64,000 bases of DNA from Planctomycetota bacterium (GTDB lineage Bacteria > Planctomycetota > UBA1135 > UBA2386): contig JBKAGP010000001.1 of NCBI GenBank assembly GCA_046290465.1, positions 5,920,001-5,984,000 of the forward strand. Direction: 5' to 3'. The position numbers and the translations under genes are program-made. Under the pieces are notes generated by a model, which worked only from the letters and a program-made list of their open reading frames with translations, made no database searches and was not told where the DNA came from. Positions 58,433 to 64,000 of this stretch are shown piece by piece (positions within the stretch are counted from its first letter, which is position 1; the number at the start of each line of letters is the position of its first letter).

Positions 58433-60966
58433 GCTACCGGCCACCGGGCACGCTCGGAGTGCTGCGGATCCTGGCGGGCAACTCGATGCGGCGGCTGTTC
58501 CGCGCCGCCGACGTGCAGAAGTCCAAGCGCCAGCACGAGGCCGCGCGCCCGCGCCACGGCGACCGGCAGCGCCCTGGCAACGAGCCGGCGCGTAGCAAGG
58601 GGCCGCGGCGCCGCAAGGCGACCCGGCGCAAGTCCGGCAGCGGGATGATGTGGCTGATGCTGCTGATGGTGCCGCTGTTCGTGTTCCAGTCGATGCTGAT
58701 GTCGCGGCGGGCGGTGGACAACCTCAGCATCGCCGCGCATCGGACCGCGCCGGGCGAGGGGCGTCTGGTCGTTCCCAAGGACCTCTACTGGGAGATCTAC
58801 AAGGTCGCCAACAAGGGGCCCGACCAGGTCGCCGCGGTGCTCGCCGAGAACGGCATCGACGAACAGCATCGCCCGCCGCGTTCGCGCATCGAACGCGCGG
58901 TGGCCGCGCGCGCCTCGGACGGGCTCGACAAGGCCGGCATGTACCTGAAGCGGGAGCGCGGGCCCGACGGCTTCCGCTGGCGCAGCGACGAGGCGCGCCG
59001 GCTGTTCGTGCAGTGCGGCGCGACCCTGCTGCTGCTGTTGACGGTGATGGGGCTGTGCAGCGCGTTCGGTGCGGCCAACACCTCGCTCGGCGGCGGCGAC
59101 TGGGTGCAGTGGTGGTTGATGACGTTCCCGGTCGCGACCCGTTCGCTGGTGCTGGCCAGGGCGCTCGAGTTCTCGCTGGTGCAGTTCTTTCCGTGGTTCA
59201 CGCTGTTCCCGCTGAGCTACCAACTGCTGTCGGCGCTCGGCCAGCCGTGGGCCCTGCCGATCGCGATCGCGGCGACGCTGGCGACCACGTTCCTCAGCGG
59301 CGCCGTGCGGCTGTGGGGCGAGACGCACCTGCGGCTGCGCTTCTCGCTGCACACGATCAAGAACATCCAGGGGGCGTGCACGTTGCTGTCGCTCGCGATG
59401 ATCGGCCTGGTGTTCTGGCTCGGATTGACCGAGCAGACCCCGTTCGTGTTCGTCGACGTGGCCGGAGCACTGCCGGAGTGGCTGACCCTGCTGCCTGGCG
59501 CCTGGCCGATCGGCCTGCCGGGCTTCGGCGCGCTGGCGGCGATCGTCGGGATCGTCGTGACGTGCGCCGCGTTCGGGTTCTCGATCGCCTCGACGTCCCG
59601 CTCGCTGCGCGGCGGCGTGATGCGCACCGGCGGCGTCGATGCCGGCCAACGCCGTGGCCTGCGAACGTGGGCGCGCGGCGTGGGCCTGTCGCTCGGCGGC
59701 AAGGAACTGGCGCTGCTGAAGCGCGACCGGACGTTCCTGGTGCAGACGCTGCTGGTGCCGCTGTTCATCATCGTGCTGCAGCTGATCGTCAACCCCAAGA
59801 TCGGCGATGCCGAAGGCGTCGGGGTCGCGATCATCGCCTACGTGGTCGGCTTCTACGGCGCGACCGGCGGCTGCTTCCAGGTGCTCAGCTCCGAGGGCCG
59901 GGCGCTGTGGATGCTCTACTCGCTGCCGATCTCGGCCGAGCAGGTGCTGCGGCACAAGACGCGCGTGTGGGCGACGGTCTGCTGCGTGTTCGGCACGGTC
60001 GGCCTGGTGGTGTTCTCGGCGCGCGGTGGCTTCGACGCGGGGCAGTTCGCGGTCGACCTCTTGTTCGTGCTGGCGGGCGTCTGGTGCGCCGCGCACATCG
60101 CCGCGGCGATCAGCGTGATGGGCGCCAACACCACGCCGGACTCGGTGCAGCGGCAGCCCAAGCAGCGCTATGCGTGGCTGTTCCTGTTCCTGGCCGGTTC
60201 GTACTCGGCCGTGCTCGGCCTGCCCGAACCGGGCCACCGGATCGCCGGGGCGACCGTGTTCGCGACGATCTCGTATGCGATGTGGCAGCGCGCCGCCGAC
60301 CGGATGCGGTGGTTGCTCGATCCGGTCACCGACCCGCGCGACCGCCTGACGCTGATCGATGCCGGCGGCGCGATGCTGGCGTTCTTCATGCTGCAGCTGG
60401 CGACGTTCGCGATCGTCTACGCGGTGACCGAGGCGATGATGTGGAGCCTGACGATCGGCTTCGTCGTCGGCGGAACGGTCACGCTGGCCTTCTACCTGGT
60501 CCGGCTACCGGCGCGGGGCGTGCCGCTCGCCGCCGAACTCGGCATGCGGGCTCGGCCAAGGGCGGCGCTTGCGACGACCGCGATCGGCGTGCTGGTCGGC
60601 GGCGCACTCGGCGGCCTCGCTCTGCTGTACTTGCGTTGGCTGGAGGAGGTCGCGCCGGCCCAGGTGCCGCCGGTGCCGCCGGAGGACTTCGTGGCGCTGT
60701 TGGTGCTCGGGGTCTGCGCCGCCCCGGTGATCGAAGAACTGCTGTTCCGCGGCCTGCTGCTGGGCGCGCTGCGGCGGTCGACGTCGACGATCGTCGCGCT
60801 GCTGTGGAGTTCGCTGGTGTTCACGTTCGTGCACCCGATGGCGTCCTGGCCGCCGGTGTTCCTGGTCGGTGTCGCGTGCGCGGCGCTGCGGCACCGCGGC
60901 GGCTTCCTGCCCGCCTGCATGGTGCTGCACGCGGTCTACAACGCGATCGTCATCGGGCTGCGCTGA
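58429..60966 (+). CDS. ABC permease-like membrane protein fused to a CPBP/CAAX intramembrane protease
   Basis: Many TM helices; KELALLKRD; C-terminal APVIEELLFRG, FTFVH and LHAVYN motifs. Confidence 0.85.
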
Positions 60967-63032
60967 GCGCCGGCGCGGTCCCGAAACCGCTGCGCCGCCG
61001 CGAGCAAGCGCGCGAACCAGCGTGATTCGGTGTAGTCGCGCATCACCCGGCTGTGGCCGGCGGCGGCGATGCGGCGCCGCTCGTCCTCGTGCGCAAGGTA
61101 GTGGTGCGTCAGCTCGACGCATTCCTCGAGCGACGAGAAGCCGACGATCTCCTCGCCCGGCCGCAGCCAGCGGCCGATCTCGGTCGGGTTGTCGCACAGC
61201 TGCAACACGCCGTTGGCCGGCAGCTCCAGGAAGCGCGTGTTGCACGGACCCGTCGAGTTGTGCAGGTTCCAGCCGAGCCGCGCGCGCGGGTAGATCGACG
61301 TCTGTGGCGCGCGCCCCATCGGCCAGCCGGGCCCGCGCACGCAGGCGTCGGGGAACGTTCGCACCAGCGCTTCGACGCGCTGCGCCCGATCGCTGAGGCC
61401 GAGGTCGCGTTCGCAGCACAGCGCGATGTCGAGCGGGCGCGCGTCGTCGAGGATCGAGGTGCCGGTCACGCCGGCGGCGATGCGGTCGGGGCGCAGCACC
61501 GGGAAGATCGGCTCGACGTGGCCGCAGCCCCACGAACGGTAGTCGTCGAGGCAGGTCGGGTTGACCACCAGCTGCACGTCATAGTGCGGCGCGATCGGTC
61601 GCGACAGCTGCTCGCTGTTCTCGGGGTCGTCGGCGCTGACGAACACCGACGTGCCGGCGAACTGCTCGACGAACTCCGGGTGCAGCATCGAGCCGCCGGC
61701 GGCGACCAGCAGGTCGCACCCGCTGAGCAGCTCGCCGAGACGTTCGTAGTCCGCCATCAGCTGCGGGTCGCGCGAGCGGTAGCGCCGGTCGAGTTCGGGG
61801 AACAGATACCAGTGCTCGCAGCGGATCCCGAACGGCACCACGTCGTGGCCGAGCGCGTTCATGCGGTCGGCGCAGCCCTGCTCCTCGGTGACGCGCGCCT
61901 GCGAGTAGGCGGGATAGACCCACGCGACCTTCGGTGCGCGCGCCTGCGGCGGCGCCGGGCGCGCGGGGGCCGGCACCAGCACCTTGTCCGCCTGCGAGCG
62001 CACGTCGATCTGCTCCTGCAGGATGTCGTCGAGCGTGCGCGTCAGCGACCAATCCGGATAGTCGCGCTGCAGCTTCGACAGGTCGGTGTAGTAGACGCGG
62101 TGGTCGCCGCGGCGTTGGTTGCCGCCGAGGTGCAGCTTCGGCCGCCGACCACACAGCGCCTCGATCCGTTCGACGCACTCGAGCAGCGACGCCGCGTTGG
62201 CGCGGCCGCCGCCGAGGTTGTAGACCTCGCCGGGTCGCGGCGCCTGCGCGAACGCCCACAGCGCCGCGACCACGTCGTCGGCGTGGATCTGGTCGCGCAC
62301 CTGCTTGCCGCCGTGGCCGTAGACCGTGTAGTCGCCCCCGGTCACCGCCTGGCGCACCAGGTAGTTGAGGAAGCCGTGCAGCTCGACGCCGGCGTGGTCG
62401 GGGCCGGTCAGGCAGCCACCGCGGAACACCCCGGTGTTGAGCCCGAAGTAGCGTCCGTATTCCTGGACCATCACGTCCGCCGCCACCTTGCTCGCGCCGA
62501 ACACCGAGTGCATCGTGCGGTCGATCGGCTGGGTCTCGGCGATGCCGCGCCGCAGCTCGTCGGTCGCGAAGTCGTAGCGCGTGTCGAGCTCGACCTGCGG
62601 CAGGTGGTTGGGGCCGTCGCCGTAGACCTTGTTGGTGCTCAAGAACGTGAACACCGCGTCCGGCGCGTGCTGGCGGCAGGCCTCCAGCAGGTTGATCGTG
62701 CCGACCGCGTTGACGTCGAAGTCGTCGAACGGCCGGCTGGCTGCGAGGTCGTGGCTCGGCTGCGCCGCCGCGTGCACGACCAGCTCGAAGCCGCCGTCGC
62801 GCAGCACGCCGTCGACCTCGGCCCGGTCGCGGATGTCGAGGTCGAGGTGACGAAACCGGTCGAAGTGCGCGCGCAGCGTCAGCAGCGTGCGGCGGGTGTC
62901 GCCCTTCGGCCCGAAGAAGTCGCGCCGCATGTTGTTGTCGACGCCGACGACGTCGCAGCCCATGCGGCAGAAGAACGACACCGCTGCCGAGCCGATCAGC
63001 CCGCTGCTGCCGGTGACCAGCACGCGCATCAC
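60936..63032 (-). CDS. NAD-dependent nucleotide-sugar epimerase (CDP-paratose 2-epimerase-like) fused to a CgeB-like glycosyltransferase
   Basis: VTGSSGLIG, AAQPSHD, STNKVYG, FGASK and KQVRD; C-terminal NTRFLELPANGVLQLCD...ERRRIAAAG. Confidence 0.85.
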   Translation of the reverse strand: MMRVLVTGSSGLIGSAAVSFFCRMGCDVVGVDNNMRRDFFGPKGDTRRTLLTLRAHFDRFRHLDLDIRDRAEVDGVLRDGGFELVVHAAAQPSHDLAASRPFDDFDVNAVGTINLLEACRQHAPDAVFTFLSTNKVYGDGPNHLPQVELDTRYDFATDELRRGIAETQPIDRTMHSVFGASKVAADVMVQEYGRYFGLNTGVFRGGCLTGPDHAGVELHGFLNYLVRQAVTGGDYTVYGHGGKQVRDQIHADDVVAALWAFAQAPRPGEVYNLGGGRANAASLLECVERIEALCGRRPKLHLGGNQRRGDHRVYYTDLSKLQRDYPDWSLTRTLDDILQEQIDVRSQADKVLVPAPARPAPPQARAPKVAWVYPAYSQARVTEEQGCADRMNALGHDVVPFGIRCEHWYLFPELDRRYRSRDPQLMADYERLGELLSGCDLLVAAGGSMLHPEFVEQFAGTSVFVSADDPENSEQLSRPIAPHYDVQLVVNPTCLDDYRSWGCGHVEPIFPVLRPDRIAAGVTGTSILDDARPLDIALCCERDLGLSDRAQRVEALVRTFPDACVRGPGWPMGRAPQTSIYPRARLGWNLHNSTGPCNTRFLELPANGVLQLCDNPTEIGRWLRPGEEIVGFSSLEECVELTHHYLAHEDERRRIAAAGHSRVMRDYTESRWFARLLAAAQRFRDRAGAQRSPMTIAL

Positions 63033-64000
63033 ACGGCCCCCTGCACGAGCGGCCGCGGCTGCGCCGGCGACGACGACGCGTCGGCGAGGATCGCGTCAAA
63101 CATGCGGGCGAAGCCGCGCGCGCGCTGCTGCCAGTCCCACGCCGACTCGATCCGCTCGCGCAGCCGCAGGCCCATCCGTTCGCGCAGTTCCGGTCGTTGT
63201 TCGATCAGCATCAGCGCCGCCGCGAGCGCGCGCGGGTCCCGTTCGATCAGGATGCCGCTCTGGCCGTGCTCGATCAGCTCCGGCATGTTGCCGACCCGCG
63301 TGCTGACGATCGGCACGCCGCAGGCGGCCGCCTCGAGCGCCGGGTTGGGCGTGCCTTCGACGCGGCTCGCGCACACGTAGACGTCGAGGCCCTGGTAGAA
63401 CGTGCGCATCTCGGCGGGGGTGCGCAGCCGTTCTTCGCGGGCGGCGAGCAGCAGCTGGAACCGGCCGGGGTGGCCCTGCGCCAGCAGCGACATCGCCGGC
63501 CGGATCACGGTCGAGACGCCGCGCATGTCGGGTCCGAAGTTGTCGAGGCTGCCGGCCCAGCCGACGCGCAAAGGGCCCGGTGCGCGCGCGCCGGCGCGCG
63601 GCTGGAAGAAGCCGGCGTGCACGCCGTTGGGCAGGCACAGCGGCCGGGTGTCCGGCAGCAGCGGCCGCACCTCGTGCTCGAGCAGTTCGCTGTGGGTGAA
63701 CACGCTGTGCGGCAGCCGGCGCAGGATGTCGAGGCCGGCCTCGCGCAGCTCGCCCTCGAGCTCGTTGTGCGAGCAGACGCCCATCGCGAGCTTGTGGCGG
63801 TTGCGCGTCAGGGCCTCGCCGAGCCCCTCGAAGCTCATCAGCTGGCGCCAGTACCAGATCACCACGACGTCGGCGCGGTCGATGTCCTCGCCGGTCAGCG
63901 ATTCCTGGTAGACGACGCGGCCGTTGAACTTCGGCTGCAGGCAGCGGATCAGGTTGTGGGCCTTGTGGTCGTGCGCCCAGCCGCGGCTGTCGACGACGTA
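63029..64000 (-). CDS. GT4 glycosyltransferase, 5' end outside the window
   Basis: VGWAG and YVCASRVEGTPNPALEAAACGVPIVSTRVG; the frame stays open to the window edge. Confidence 0.88.
   Translation of the reverse strand, partial: YVVDSRGWAHDHKAHNLIRCLQPKFNGRVVYQESLTGEDIDRADVVVIWYWRQLMSFEGLGEALTRNRHKLAMGVCSHNELEGELREAGLDILRRLPHSVFTHSELLEHEVRPLLPDTRPLCLPNGVHAGFFQPRAGARAPGPLRVGWAGSLDNFGPDMRGVSTVIRPAMSLLAQGHPGRFQLLLAAREERLRTPAEMRTFYQGLDVYVCASRVEGTPNPALEAAACGVPIVSTRVGNMPELIEHGQSGILIERDPRALAAALMLIEQRPELRERMGLRLRERIESAWDWQQRARGFARMFDAILADASSSPAQPRPLVQGAV

Overview
A very GC-rich (roughly 70%+) bacterial chromosomal segment. Gene style suggests Planctomycetota (inference): sulfatases, 'WDPDGPGP' beta-propeller proteins, an ABC permease-CAAX protease fusion and a HEAT-repeat cytochrome. 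In order it holds: two paralogous secreted beta-propeller proteins; a sugar-acid/sulfated-glycan catabolic neighbourhood (FAH hydrolase, Zn dehydrogenase, SDR, lactonase-like amidohydrolase, sugar ABC transporter, two sulfatases); an orphan acyl carrier protein; a complete Na+-NQR locus (a small nqrM absent as a discrete ORF from the track, nqrABCDEF, apbE); mazG; sodB; an LPS/glycan cluster; a cyclophilin; a pentaheme-HEAT lipoprotein; corC-recO-bamD-lptE-purE-purK; an HDOD-GGDEF/ECF sigma pair; hutI; mscS; kptA; a formiminotransferase; an ABC/CAAX exporter; and the edge of another glycan cluster. The non-coding signals are the most novel. They are a ~197-bp MITE-like element in two inverted copies, a 27-bp dispersed repeat after three genes, a 22-bp motif (three copies, one in a perfect hairpin), a structured sRNA candidate, and pervasive TANNNT boxes 6-8 nt before start codons (leaderless mRNAs). 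I found no CRISPR array, rRNA, tRNA or transposase. All product calls come from motif recognition, not database searches.
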